From Thermoproteota archaeon (lineage in GTDB: Archaea > Thermoproteota > Thermoprotei > Gearchaeales > Gearchaeaceae), in the NCBI GenBank assembly GCA_041640715.1, contig JBEPZU010000001.1, positions 10,535-74,534 of the forward strand: a stretch of DNA of 64,000 bases, in the 5' to 3' direction. Shown here one piece after another: positions 1-13,626 of the stretch; the first letter of the stretch is position 1; each line of letters opens with the position of its first letter. A program made the translations under genes and the position numbers. The notes beneath the pieces are model-generated. The model searched no databases. It worked only from the letters and a program-made list of their open reading frames with translations, and had not been told where the DNA came from.

Positions 1-56
1 GAACTCATCAGTATGTGTATCCATCCAAGGATACTTCTTGAAGAAAAAATATCGAG

Positions 57-66
<10 letters not shown>
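1..66 (+). CDS. rpoB: RNA polymerase subunit B, 3' end (partial)
   Basis: Frame 1 reads ELISMCIHPRILLEEKISRWL*, matching the ELxSMxIxPR C-terminus of Rpo2; directly upstream of rpoA1. Confidence 0.85.
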
Positions 67-4137
<4,071 letters not shown>

Positions 4138-4145
<8 letters not shown>

Positions 4146-4575
4146 AGGAATAAAGCTTAGTAACAGAGAGTTAGGATTTATTAATTTATTTGAAACGATA
4201 TCTTCGGTAAAGGTCAAGGATTGTATAATCGATGATAAGTTTAACAGAGTGCTCTTCTTAGTGGAACCTTCCCAGGTGGGTCTTGCTATAGGTAAGGGCG
4301 GTGAGAAGATAAACATTTTCAAAAAAATTTCTTTAATTGATGCTGAAGTTATACCTTACTATGAAGAGCTTGAGAAAATGACAAGAAGTTGTTTTATGCC
4401 TTTTGAAATTAAAGGATTGAAAGTGATGGAAAATAATAAAGGGGAAAAGACTCTGCTCGTTTACGTAGACTTTGCAAATAAGGCTAAAGTCATAGGCGAA
4501 TCGGGAAAGAATGTCTTCAAAACCAAGTTAATACTTAGAAGATATTTTGGAATTAAAAATGTTATCGTTGTTTAG
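4138..4575 (+). CDS. nusA: Archaeal NusA-like KH-domain factor
   Basis: GLAIGKGG KH motif; between L30e and S12. Confidence 0.93.
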
Positions 4576-4614
4576 CGATATCTATATAAGTCTTTTCCTA
4601 ATATGGTTTGAAAT

Positions 4615-5055
4615 ATGGGTAAAAAATCTCCTTTAGGTTTATTCGCTGCTCGTAAGCTAATTAAAAAAAGACAGAAGTTCAGGTGGAGTAAAATAACCTA
4701 TAAGAGGAGAATTTTGAGGCTTAAAGAAAAATTTGATCCTTTAGAAGGAGCTCCTCAAGCAAGAGGAATAGTGATAGAGAAAGTAGGCGTAGAATCTAGA
4801 CAACCTAACTCTGCTGTTAGGAAATGTGTTCGTGTTCAACTTGTTAAAAACGGTAAGCAAATCACGGCCTTTGTGCCCAAAGATGGTGCTCTAAACATAA
4901 TAAGTGAACATGATGAAGTGATCGTGGAAGGAATAGGGGGTCCACAAGGCGGAGCTTATGGTGATCTGCCTGGAGTTAGATGGAAGGTTGTTAAGGTTAA
5001 TGGTGTTGCTTTGAGTGAAATATTAAAGGGTAAAAAACAAAAACCGCAAAGATGA
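4615..5055 (+). CDS. rps12: 30S ribosomal protein S12
   Basis: [25 protein letters not shown]. Confidence 0.99.
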   Translation: MGKKSPLGLFAARKLIKKRQKFRWSKITYKRRILRLKEKFDPLEGAPQARGIVIEKVGVESRQPNSAVRKCVRVQLVKNGKQITAFVPKDGALNIISEHDEVIVEGIGGPQGGAYGDLPGVRWKVVKVNGVALSEILKGKKQKPQR

Positions 5056-5633
5056 ATCAAATAACAATACCAAACATTTTAGTTTTCGGAAAGTGGAGCA
5101 CTGATGGTCTTGTAGTTCACGATTTAGCTCTTGTTAAGTATATTAATCTTAAAGCACTACACGCTCCTCATTTGGGAGGAAGATATGCTAAAAAGAGATT
5201 TGGGAAAAGTCATATTCCTGTTTATGAGAGGCTTGCCAATCATCTGATGAAAAAAGGAAGAAATCAAGGTAAGAAGCTTAAAGCGTTAAACATTGTAAAA
5301 AAGGCATTAACGATCGTAGAATTGAGAACTAAACAAAATCCTTTACAAGTTTTGATAAACGCTATTGAAAATGCATCTCCTAGAGAAGAAACGACCAGAA
5401 TATTGCTAGGAGGGATAGCCTACCATGTAGCAGTAGATTGTGCTCCTCAAAGAAGAGTAGATCTAGCTTTAAGATGGATAGCTGAGGGAGCCAGACTTTC
5501 TTCTTTTAATAACCCCAAACCAATAGAAGAAGCTTTGGCTGAAGAATTGATTTTTGCTTCTAACAACGATCCAAAATCTTACGCTATAAAAAAGAAAGAA
5601 GAAGTTGAGAGAATAGCGTTAGCATCTCGATAA
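5052..5633 (+). CDS. rps7: 30S ribosomal protein S7
   Basis: [30 protein letters not shown]. Confidence 0.99.
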   Translation: MNQITIPNILVFGKWSTDGLVVHDLALVKYINLKALHAPHLGGRYAKKRFGKSHIPVYERLANHLMKKGRNQGKKLKALNIVKKALTIVELRTKQNPLQVLINAIENASPREETTRILLGGIAYHVAVDCAPQRRVDLALRWIAEGARLSSFNNPKPIEEALAEELIFASNNDPKSYAIKKKEEVERIALASR

Positions 5634-5675
5634 AATTTATAAATAGAAAAAAACAATTATCCATACATCTCTATC

Positions 5676-6968
5676 ATGGCAGAGAAAAAACCACATTTGA
5701 ATTTGATAGTAGCAGGTCATGTAGATCATGGTAAATCTACTACTGTGGGGCATATTCTAACGTTGCTAGGTGTGGTAGATAAAAAAAGACTTACTGAGCT
5801 TGAAGAGGAAGCTAAGAAAAGAGGCAAAGAGTTCGCTAAGTACGCTTGGATTCTAGATACATATAAGGAAGAAAGGGAAAGAGATATGACTATAGATCTT
5901 ACGTTCCTGAAGTTTGAAACTAAGAAATATTTCTTCACGATAATTGATGCACCAGGCCATAGAGACTTCGTAAAGAATATGGTGACAGGGGCATCGCAAG
6001 CAGATGCAGCTTTGTTGATAATTTCAGCTAAAAAAGGAGAATACGAAGCAGGAATAGGTGCTACAGGTCAAACAAGAGAACATGCTTTCTTGCTTAGGAC
6101 AATGGGCGTTAATCAAATAATTGTCGCAATAAATAAACTCGACGATCCTTCGGTTAATTGGAGTAGAGAAAGATTTGAAGAAGTTAGAAAGGGAGTTTTA
6201 GATTTATTGAGACAAGTAGGTTATCCTGTTGATAAAATTAGAACAGTACCGATTTCAGCATGGTATGGTGATAACTTAGTAGAGAGAAGCAAAAACACAC
6301 CTTGGTATAACGGTCCAACGTTGGAAGAAGCTTTTAATGAGTTAATAGTACCGCCAAGACCTGTAGATAAACCTCTAAGAATTCCTGTAGAGGCTGTTTA
6401 TTCAATTACAGGTGTAGGTACAGTACCTGTGGGTAAGGTTGAGACAGGTAGGATGAGGGTAGGAGATACAGTAATTGTGATGCCGAGTGGGAAGAAAGGA
6501 GAAGTAAGATCCATTGAAACTCATCATACTCCTATACAAGAAGCCTTACCTGGAGACAACATAGGTTTTAACATTAAGGGTCTCGAGAAGGCAGATGTAA
6601 AAAGAGGGGATGTTGTAGGAAGCTTAGACAATCCTCCGACAGTAGCTAGTTCTTTCCTAGCCAGACTTTTTGTAATATATCATCCAACGTCCATAGCCGT
6701 TGGTTATACTCCAGTCATGCACGTCCATACAGCCACAGCGGCTGTTAGGTTCGAAGAGATACAAAAGAAGCTAGATCCGAGAACAGGTGCTCCGATCGAA
6801 GAGAATCCTAAATTTATAAAACAAGGCGATGCTGCCATAGTTAAACTAAGACCTATAAAACCTTTAATCGTAGAAAAATACTCAGAATTCCCAGGTCTAG
6901 GTAGGTTCGCTATAAGAGATATGGGTAGGACTATAGCAGCTGGAGTGATATTAGACGTATATAAGTAA
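5676..6968 (+). CDS. tuf: Elongation factor 1-alpha
   Basis: GHVDHGKST, DAPGHRDF, NKLD GTPase motifs; LGRFAIRDMG. Confidence 0.99.
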   Translation: MAEKKPHLNLIVAGHVDHGKSTTVGHILTLLGVVDKKRLTELEEEAKKRGKEFAKYAWILDTYKEERERDMTIDLTFLKFETKKYFFTIIDAPGHRDFVKNMVTGASQADAALLIISAKKGEYEAGIGATGQTREHAFLLRTMGVNQIIVAINKLDDPSVNWSRERFEEVRKGVLDLLRQVGYPVDKIRTVPISAWYGDNLVERSKNTPWYNGPTLEEAFNELIVPPRPVDKPLRIPVEAVYSITGVGTVPVGKVETGRMRVGDTVIVMPSGKKGEVRSIETHHTPIQEALPGDNIGFNIKGLEKADVKRGDVVGSLDNPPTVASSFLARLFVIYHPTSIAVGYTPVMHVHTATAAVRFEEIQKKLDPRTGAPIEENPKFIKQGDAAIVKLRPIKPLIVEKYSEFPGLGRFAIRDMGRTIAAGVILDVYK

Positions 6969-7276
6969 TGCCAAGAATAGCAAGGATTTATCTTTCCTCT
7001 ACTAACACTGCAGAGCTTGAAGGTGTAGTTAAAGAAATTAGGACCATCGCTGATAATCAAAACGCTAGAATAGCCGGTCCTATACCTTTACCTACTAAAA
7101 AATTAAGAGTAGTAACGAGGAAGACTCCTTGCGGCGATGGTACCCATACTTTTGATAGATGGGAGATAAGAATTCATAAAAGATTGATAGATGTTCTTGC
7201 TACAGAAGCCATGATGAGACAGTTAGCTAGGATAAAAGTGCCTTCTTCTGTGAAGATTTCCATAACTATAAAATAG
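6968..7276 (+). CDS. rps10: 30S ribosomal protein S10
   Basis: GPIPLPTK, RKTPCGDG, HKRLIDV. Confidence 0.99.
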   Translation: MPRIARIYLSSTNTAELEGVVKEIRTIADNQNARIAGPIPLPTKKLRVVTRKTPCGDGTHTFDRWEIRIHKRLIDVLATEAMMRQLARIKVPSSVKISITIK

Positions 7277-7312
7277 AAAGTTTAATTATTTCCTTTAACT
7301 AAACTTATATAG

Positions 7313-7332
7313 AGCCGGGATAAGCCGGGATA
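7313..7332 (+). repeat. Perfect 10-bp tandem duplication AGCCGGGATA x2 covering the tRNA-Ser 5' end
   Basis: 7313-7322 and 7323-7332 are identical. Confidence 0.95.
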
Positions 7333-7419
7333 TTTTTACCCGAAAGCCTAGCGGACAAGGCGCAGGCCTTGAGAGCCTGTGGGGGTTTCCCCGCGTGGGT
7401 TCGAATCCCACTCCCGGCG
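7324..7419 (+). tRNA. tRNA-Ser(UGA) with predicted 13-nt intron (7332-7344) at position 8/9
   Basis: Acceptor GCCGGGA/TCCCGGC, anticodon arm CAGGC-CTTGAGA-GCCTG, long variable arm, T arm GTGGG-TTCGAAT-CCCAC; removing 7332-7344 gives GCCGGGATAGCCTAGC, identical to the 5' ends of the other two tRNA-Ser genes. Confidence 0.93.
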
Positions 7420-7563
7420 TTTTCAACATTCTTTTTGAATTTTCTCTTATTAAAGAAAAGTTATTTACTTTTTCTCTTTTTTTATGAAAATGTTTTTAAT
7501 TTTCTTTGGAAAAAAATTCAAAAAAAATTTTTAAATTCACTTGAGAATAAAAAGGATAAATAA

Positions 7564-7956
7564 ATGGAGGCTAGAGAACAATTAGAACAATCTTACACTT
7601 TGGAATTGGGAAGGCATATAATAGCAGACCTTATTATAGAGAATCCTGCTAAATTGTCTGACTTAGACTTTCTTATAAAGACATTATACGAAGCTGCAAA
7701 GAAAGGCAATCTAAATGTCTTAAGCGAAGCTCATGAGGTTTTCAAAGATACAGGAGGTATTTCTCTAATACTTTTTATTGCAGAATCTCATCTCTCTATA
7801 CATACATGGCCTGAATACTCTTTCGTGGCTATCGACATTTTCACTTGTGGAGAAGAAGCAGATCCTTGGGCTGTCTATAATTACCTAACAGAAAAGTTGG
7901 GTGTAAAAGAAGCGGATGTAAAAGAAATTAAACGTGTTCTAAGATTAAAGAATTAG
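7564..7956 (+). CDS. speD: Pyruvoyl-dependent S-adenosylmethionine decarboxylase family proenzyme (AdoMetDC or its arginine decarboxylase paralogue)
   Basis: LGRHIIADL, AE/SHLSIHTWPEY self-cleavage site, DIFTCG. Confidence 0.9.
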   Translation: MEAREQLEQSYTLELGRHIIADLIIENPAKLSDLDFLIKTLYEAAKKGNLNVLSEAHEVFKDTGGISLILFIAESHLSIHTWPEYSFVAIDIFTCGEEADPWAVYNYLTEKLGVKEADVKEIKRVLRLKN

Positions 7957-7974
7957 TCTCTATGATATTATTTT

Positions 7975-8085
7975 ATGGGAGGTAGACAAAGAACATCAAT
8001 TTTCCTAGATAAAAGTAAAAAAGAAGAAAAACAAAAGGAAACCAAGGGTGAGAAAAAGCAGAGCGTGAAGAAGCAAACTAAATGA
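7975..8085 (+). CDS. Small basic hypothetical protein (36 aa)
   Basis: MGGRQRTSIFLDKSKKEEKQKETKGEKKQSVKKQTK*; fills the gap; stop overlaps next ATG (ATGA 8082-8085). Confidence 0.65.
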   Translation: MGGRQRTSIFLDKSKKEEKQKETKGEKKQSVKKQTK

Positions 8086-8861
8086 TTTTAAAAGTCGTAT
8101 TGCCAACCAACATTTTTTCTGATATAAACAATTTAAGGGAAAAAACTGTCAGGGTTGCCAATTTAGTTAGAGCATTGTATTTATTCAGAGTAAATGAACT
8201 CGTGCTTTTTAGTTACGAAAAAGAAGATGAAGAATTATATAAACTAATAAAATTTTTTCAGCTCCCTTCTTATCTTAGAAAATTTGTTTTTAAAAAAAAT
8301 AAGTCTTTGAGATATGTAGGTGTAGCTCCTCCTATTAGGTCGATTTTAGAAGATAGTGATAAATATCGAATTGGTGTAGTTTTTAATAAAATTAACGAAA
8401 AAGTCTTCATTAATGCAGGGTTAAAAGATAGCGTGATAATTAACTACGAAGGTCTAAGAGAAGGCCAAATCGTGAAATTAATTAAAGAATCAAAAGAATG
8501 GAGGATTTCAAAAAACAACGATTTCCCTATAGGTTTTGGTGTAAAAGTGATAAAAAATTTAATCGATTTTATCATCGAAGCTAGAAAAAAAGGCTTCGTA
8601 GTAATAGCAACCTCTAGACATGGAAAAGTTTTAACCTTAAAGGAGCTTTCAGAAATCAAATATAAACTAACAGAAAATCTTATTTTGCTTTTTGGTTCAC
8701 CTAAAGAAGGTTTGTTTGAGATTTTTGAGAAATGGGGAAAGGATTTGAAGGATTACGCCGATTATATATATAATTTTTTCCCGAACCAAGGTGTTAAAAC
8801 AATAAGAAGTGACGAAGCTGTTTTCGGAGTTTTATCCATTCTAAATCTTTTAATCGCTTAA
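8082..8861 (+). CDS. SPOUT-family RNA methyltransferase (DUF171/MTH1-like)
   Basis: PSYLRK, LRYVGVAPP, ATSRHG, FGSPKEGL, NFFPNQGVKTIRSDEA; usual position before rpl3. Confidence 0.9.
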   Translation: MILKVVLPTNIFSDINNLREKTVRVANLVRALYLFRVNELVLFSYEKEDEELYKLIKFFQLPSYLRKFVFKKNKSLRYVGVAPPIRSILEDSDKYRIGVVFNKINEKVFINAGLKDSVIINYEGLREGQIVKLIKESKEWRISKNNDFPIGFGVKVIKNLIDFIIEARKKGFVVIATSRHGKVLTLKELSEIKYKLTENLILLFGSPKEGLFEIFEKWGKDLKDYADYIYNFFPNQGVKTIRSDEAVFGVLSILNLLIA

Positions 8862-8906
8862 AAGTATATAAGGAGTATTTGTAATTATCTCACTTAATTT
8901 AAGCTC

Positions 8907-9860
8907 ATGAGCGCTCCAAGAAGAGGTTCGATGGGATTTTATCCTAGAGTACGTGCTAAAAGTATTAGAATCAGAGTTAGGTCTTGGCCAAATTATGGGG
9001 AAACCAGGCTATTAGGTTTTCCTGCGTTTAAGGTGGGTATGGCAAGCGCAATATTGTTGGATATGTATGAAAAATCTCCTTTATTTGGAAAGGAGGTCGT
9101 AAAGGCTTGTACGATCTTAGAGACGCCTCCTGTATTTGTCCTGGGCATTAAGATTTATAAAAATGAAATGGGTGAATTGAAGTCTGCAGCTACTGTCTTC
9201 GCAGAAAAAATACCAGATAAAATATCGAAATATTTAGGTTTTCATCCTAAAGGAGGCGATATCGAAAAACTCTTTTCGATTAAAAACATAGCTGAAGTTA
9301 GAGCAATAGTAGCCACCGAGCCTTTTCTAACTGGTATAGGTAAGAAAAAACCAGATCTCTTCGAGATTAAAATCGGTGGGGATGTTAATTCTGCTCTTGA
9401 ATATGCCAAAAAAATATTAGGAAAGGAAATAAGAGTCAATGAAGTTTTAAATGAGTTGAGTTTTGTAGATGCAATAGGTGTTACGAAAGGCAAAGGTTTC
9501 CAAGGAGTGATAAAAAGATTTGGAGTAAAAGAACTTCCAAAGTGGCATAAACATAGAAAAGGTAGCAGGAAGGTAGGATCTATAGGTCCTATAGAGCCTT
9601 CTATGATGAGATTTGTACCCCGTCCTGGTCAAATGGGTTTCCATAGAAGGACTGAGTATAATAAACTGATAATCAAAGTAGGAAATGAACCTTCGGAAAT
9701 AAATGTTAAGGAAGGCTTTAAACATTATGGTATAGTTAAAACAAATTATGTAGTGTTGCTAGGTAGTGTGATGGGGCCCTCTAAGAGAGTAATTTTTTTA
9801 AGATATCCAATCAGACCTCCAGCTTTGCCTAAAAAATATCAATTGTTGAAGATAACATGA
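8907..9860 (+). CDS. rpl3: 50S ribosomal protein L3
   Basis: PRRGSMGFYPR, TKGKGFQGVIKRFG, PGQMGFHRRTEYNK. Confidence 0.99.
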   Translation: MSAPRRGSMGFYPRVRAKSIRIRVRSWPNYGETRLLGFPAFKVGMASAILLDMYEKSPLFGKEVVKACTILETPPVFVLGIKIYKNEMGELKSAATVFAEKIPDKISKYLGFHPKGGDIEKLFSIKNIAEVRAIVATEPFLTGIGKKKPDLFEIKIGGDVNSALEYAKKILGKEIRVNEVLNELSFVDAIGVTKGKGFQGVIKRFGVKELPKWHKHRKGSRKVGSIGPIEPSMMRFVPRPGQMGFHRRTEYNKLIIKVGNEPSEINVKEGFKHYGIVKTNYVVLLGSVMGPSKRVIFLRYPIRPPALPKKYQLLKIT

Positions 9861-10672
9861 CGAGCGTTATTGCAATTCCTCTACTTAATAAAGAAGGGAA
9901 AGAAGTTGATAAACTAACCTACTTACCTATACCTTTCACTGCTGAGTATCGTTACGATCTAATCAAAAGAGCAGTTTTGACAGAACTCCAAAACAAGAAA
10001 CAACCTAAAGGGGTAAATCCTCTTGCAGGCAAAAAGACATCAGCCAAAAGCTGGGGTGTGGGATACGGAATAGCTAGGGTTCCTAGAGTTAAAGGTTCGG
10101 GAAATCCTAGGTCGGGACAAGCAGCTTTCATACCTAGTGCTAGAGGAGGGTATCATCCTACAGCTCCTAAATCAATTAAATCAGTAAAAGTTAAGATGAA
10201 CAAAAAAGAAAAACTGTTAGCTCTTTTCAGCGCAATAAGTTGTACTGCGAAGTTGGATTTCGTTATAAAACGAGGGCATGTAGTAATGAACCCCGACCTA
10301 ATTTTACCTATAGTCTTGAATCAAGAGGTTTCTAAAATAGAAAAAACTAAGGAGCTCTTGAGTTTATTCGAGAAGCTGGGTTTATATGAAGATATAAGGA
10401 GAGTAAGAGAGAGTTTAAAGATAAGAGCTGGAAAGGGGAAAAGAAGAGGAAGGAGGTATAAAGAAAGAAAGGGACCATTGTTGGTTAAACTTGGAGACGA
10501 ACCAATATCTAAAGCTTTTAGGAATTTGCCTGGAGCAGATGTAGCAGATGTCAGAGCTTTGGCTGTTCATCTATTAGCTCCTGGGTCTTTGCCCGGACGC
10601 CTAACGTTTTGGACTTTGAACGCTTATGAATATTTGGCTGAAAAATATGGTTATATTGGGATTAAAAAATGA
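9857..10672 (+). CDS. rpl4: 50S ribosomal protein L4
   Basis: SWGVGYGIARVPR, RAGKGKRRGRRY, LAPGSLPGRLT. Confidence 0.98.
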   Translation: MTSVIAIPLLNKEGKEVDKLTYLPIPFTAEYRYDLIKRAVLTELQNKKQPKGVNPLAGKKTSAKSWGVGYGIARVPRVKGSGNPRSGQAAFIPSARGGYHPTAPKSIKSVKVKMNKKEKLLALFSAISCTAKLDFVIKRGHVVMNPDLILPIVLNQEVSKIEKTKELLSLFEKLGLYEDIRRVRESLKIRAGKGKRRGRRYKERKGPLLVKLGDEPISKAFRNLPGADVADVRALAVHLLAPGSLPGRLTFWTLNAYEYLAEKYGYIGIKK

Positions 10673-10917
10673 CAATCATTAAATTCATCATGAATGAAAA
10701 GGCTCTTAAGATGGCTGAAAAGGAAAATAAAATAGTGGCTATAGTAGAAATAAATTCGAATAAAAAAGAAATATCTAAGACAATGGAGCGACTATATGGG
10801 ATTAAAGTAGAAAAGGTAAATACTTCCATAACTCCTAGAGGAGAGAAAAAGGCGATAATTAAGCTAGCCAAAGACGTTTCAGCTATAGATTTCTACGCGA
10901 AAATAGGTTTGTTATAA
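10669..10917 (+). CDS. rpl23: 50S ribosomal protein L23
   Basis: YGIKVEKVNT...GEKKAIIKL; synteny. Confidence 0.96.
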   Translation: MTIIKFIMNEKALKMAEKENKIVAIVEINSNKKEISKTMERLYGIKVEKVNTSITPRGEKKAIIKLAKDVSAIDFYAKIGLL

Positions 10918-11645
10918 TGGGAAAGAAACTAAGACAGCAGCGGGCAGGAAAAGGAGGATCGGTATTTAAATCTCCTTCATGGAATAAGATAGCGCCAGCA
11001 AGATATCCAAGCTGGATCCATGAAATGATAAAGAATAAAAAAGTAGTAGCAGCTAAAATAACTAAGTTGATACCTGAAAGTGGTAGAGACGCTCCGCTTT
11101 GTCTTGTAGCAGTAGGAAATGGGATGAGCTTTTACTCGGTAGCCCCTGAAGGAGTATTTGAAGGAGACGTAATAGAGATAGGCGAATCTGTTAGCCCGAG
11201 AATAGGTAACATAGGTAAGGTAGGTTATTTTTCTGAAGGCACAATAGTCTGTAATATAGAAAGAAGACCTCAAGACGGAGGAAAGTTTTGCAGAGCTGCG
11301 GGGACATATTCTGTTATAATGTCCCAGACTCCTAGAGGAACAGTAATTATGCTTCCTTCAGGTAAATCTTTAGAAATAAGCAAAGAATGCTTAGCTACCG
11401 TGGGGGTAGTAGCAGCAGGAGGCAAAGTGGAAAAGCCTTTGCTTAAAGCAGGCAACAGTTATCATAGATTTAAAGCTAGAGGTAGGAAATGGCCTACTGT
11501 AAGAGGAAAGGCTATGTATGCAGCAGCTCATCCGCACGGAGGAGGATCTCATCCTAAAGGAGGAAGAGTAGTCAAAAAGACTTCTCCGCCTGGTAAAAAA
11601 GTTGGTCTGTATGGAGCTAAGAGGACAGGCAGAAGGAAAGGTTAA
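10917..11645 (+). CDS. rpl2: 50S ribosomal protein L2
   Basis: MGKKLRQQRAG, WPTVRGKAM, HPHGGG. Confidence 0.99.
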   Translation: MGKKLRQQRAGKGGSVFKSPSWNKIAPARYPSWIHEMIKNKKVVAAKITKLIPESGRDAPLCLVAVGNGMSFYSVAPEGVFEGDVIEIGESVSPRIGNIGKVGYFSEGTIVCNIERRPQDGGKFCRAAGTYSVIMSQTPRGTVIMLPSGKSLEISKECLATVGVVAAGGKVEKPLLKAGNSYHRFKARGRKWPTVRGKAMYAAAHPHGGGSHPKGGRVVKKTSPPGKKVGLYGAKRTGRRKG

Positions 11646-11677
11646 AGGATTTATATTAATTATTTTAAGTTAGATGT

Positions 11678-12073
11678 ATGTCTAAAGAATTCAAGTTCAG
11701 GGGTTATACTTTCGAAAGTTTAAAGAAGATGCCTATGGATGAGTTTATAAATTTACTTAACAGTAGAGAAAGGAGGAGTTTGAGAAGAGGTATACTAAAG
11801 AAATACAAAAAATTAATGATTAAGATAAGAAAAGCTAAGGCGGGTCAATATAATAAGCCTATAAGAACGCACGCTAGAGATATGATAATTCTTCCTGAGA
11901 TGGTAGGTTTAACGATTCATGTATATAATGGCAAAGAATTCGTACCTGTAAATATAAAACCTGAAATGATAGGATTTAGGCTTGGAGATTTCGCAATAAC
12001 GGTCAAGAAAGTTATACATGGAGAGCCTGGTCTTAAAGCCACAAGAGGATCGATGTATGTTCCTTTGAAATAA
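11678..12073 (+). CDS. rps19: 30S ribosomal protein S19
   Basis: [23 protein letters not shown]. Confidence 0.99.
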   Translation: MSKEFKFRGYTFESLKKMPMDEFINLLNSRERRSLRRGILKKYKKLMIKIRKAKAGQYNKPIRTHARDMIILPEMVGLTIHVYNGKEFVPVNIKPEMIGFRLGDFAITVKKVIHGEPGLKATRGSMYVPLK

Positions 12074-12074
12074 A

Positions 12075-12536
12075 ATGCCTGAATTTGGTTATTCTTATAA
12101 AATATTGGAGCCTGAAAGAACAGTAAAAGCTAGTTTACGGGATATTAATATATCATTTAAAGAAGCGGTTGAGCTTTGTAGATATTTAAAGAATAGGAAA
12201 CTTGAAGAGGCTAAGAAAATCTTGGAAGAAATCATCGAACTTAAGAAAGCTGTTCCCTATAGAACCTTTAATAAAAAAGTACCTCATCATAGATTCGGAA
12301 ATACTAGCGGTCCCGCTAGATACCCTAAAAAAGTAGCCGAGGCTATGCTTAAACTCCTAGAGAGCTTAGAGGCAAATGCGGAATTCAAAGGATTGGATAT
12401 TAATAGAATAAAACTCGTTCATGTAGCTGCTCAGAAAGGCTATAAAATAAAGAAATATATACCTCGAGCCTTTGGACGGTCTTCTCCTTATTTCAGGGAA
12501 TTAGTTCATGTTGAAGTAGTAGGTCTAGAGGTATAA
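12075..12536 (+). CDS. rpl22: 50S ribosomal protein L22
   Basis: RYPKKVA, NAEFKGLD, PRAFGRSSP. Confidence 0.98.
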   Translation: MPEFGYSYKILEPERTVKASLRDINISFKEAVELCRYLKNRKLEEAKKILEEIIELKKAVPYRTFNKKVPHHRFGNTSGPARYPKKVAEAMLKLLESLEANAEFKGLDINRIKLVHVAAQKGYKIKKYIPRAFGRSSPYFRELVHVEVVGLEV

Positions 12537-13180
12537 TGGGCACCATCTATAAACAATTCCTCGAATTCGCGGTTCTCCAGGCTAGTATAAAAGAGTTCAT
12601 ACAGAAAGAGTTGAAGGAGGCTTATGTAGGCAATATAGATATACAGCAAACAGCTATAGGGCTAAGAATAATTGTAGAAGTTTTAAGACCTAGATTGGCC
12701 TTAGGGGAACATGGAATAAAAATTAAAGAATTAGAAGAGAAAATAAAGGCTAAGTTTAACTTGAAAAGTCTAGAAATTTTCATTAACGAGGTACAGAACC
12801 CAGCCTTGAATCCTTCAATAGTAGCCAACATGATAGCCTCGGCTCTTGAAAGAGGTATTCATTTTAGGAGAGCAGCAAACTTGGCTTTAAAACAAATAAT
12901 GGAAGCAGGAGCATTGGGTGCAGAGATAACTATAAGCGGTAAATTAGTAAGTGAGAGGTCTAGATTTGAAAAGTTCAGATTCGGTGTAATACCTAAATCA
13001 GGACAACCTGCGCATGAATTTGTTAGAAAAGCTACTGCACATGTGCTATTGAAGCCTGGAATATTCGGGGTAAAAGTAAAAATATTACCTCCTGTAGAAT
13101 TGCCTGATGAAAAACTGAAAACTTTGTTGAAAATTTATAAGGAGAAATCTACCATAAAAGAGAGCAGCAATGAAGCTTAA
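12536..13180 (+). CDS. rps3: 30S ribosomal protein S3
   Basis: KH domain, LERGIHFRRA, GALGAEITISGKL. Confidence 0.98.
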   Translation: MGTIYKQFLEFAVLQASIKEFIQKELKEAYVGNIDIQQTAIGLRIIVEVLRPRLALGEHGIKIKELEEKIKAKFNLKSLEIFINEVQNPALNPSIVANMIASALERGIHFRRAANLALKQIMEAGALGAEITISGKLVSERSRFEKFRFGVIPKSGQPAHEFVRKATAHVLLKPGIFGVKVKILPPVELPDEKLKTLLKIYKEKSTIKESSNEA

Positions 13181-13385
13181 AGATTTGAGGAGAATGAAGA
13201 GAGAAGAAAGAGATAAAAGATTAAGCGAATTGAGAGCAGAGTTGATTAAGATGAAAAGTCAATTTGACGCAGGAAAGCCTCCCAAGAATGTTAAGCTTTT
13301 AAGAAACATCAGGAAGGAAATTGCGCGAATTCTTACTATTAATAGAGAAGAGGAACTTAAGAAAAATGAAACTCAGAAAAGATAA
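13170..13385 (+). CDS. rpl29: 50S ribosomal protein L29
   Basis: LSELRAEL...IRKEIARILT. Confidence 0.96.
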   Translation: MKLKDLRRMKREERDKRLSELRAELIKMKSQFDAGKPPKNVKLLRNIRKEIARILTINREEELKKNETQKR

Positions 13386-13626
13386 CATTCATTCGCACGA
13401 ATTATTAGGGATTGAAACAATAGTTCTAGATAAGAAATTCAAGGAAATAGCGAGAGGAACGGTTTATGACGAAACGAAAGAAACCCTTACCTTGAAAATA
13501 GGATCCGAAAAGAAGATTTTTTTAAAGAATTCACATATCTTCCTTTTTAAATTGAACGGTTTAAACGTAGCCGTAAAAGGTGCGAGATTATTAGGAAGAC
13601 CAGAAGAAAGAATTAAGAAAATATGA
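13366..13626 (+). CDS. rnp1: RNase P protein component 1 (Rpp29/Pop4)
   Basis: NIHSHELLG, GTVYDETKET, LLGRPEERIKK; between L29 and S17; ATG 13366 preferred over TTG 13321. Confidence 0.92.
   Translation: MKLRKDNIHSHELLGIETIVLDKKFKEIARGTVYDETKETLTLKIGSEKKIFLKNSHIFLFKLNGLNVAVKGARLLGRPEERIKKI

Noticed and set aside
7432..7525. Inverted repeat TTTTTGAATTTT / AAAATTCAAAAA in the spacer before speD
   Set aside because: Almost pure A/T context makes it expected by chance; no ORB, MITE or other supporting feature
7369..7563. 64-aa ORF in the ORF track
   Set aside because: Begins inside tRNA-Ser and runs through a low-complexity T/A-rich terminator-promoter region
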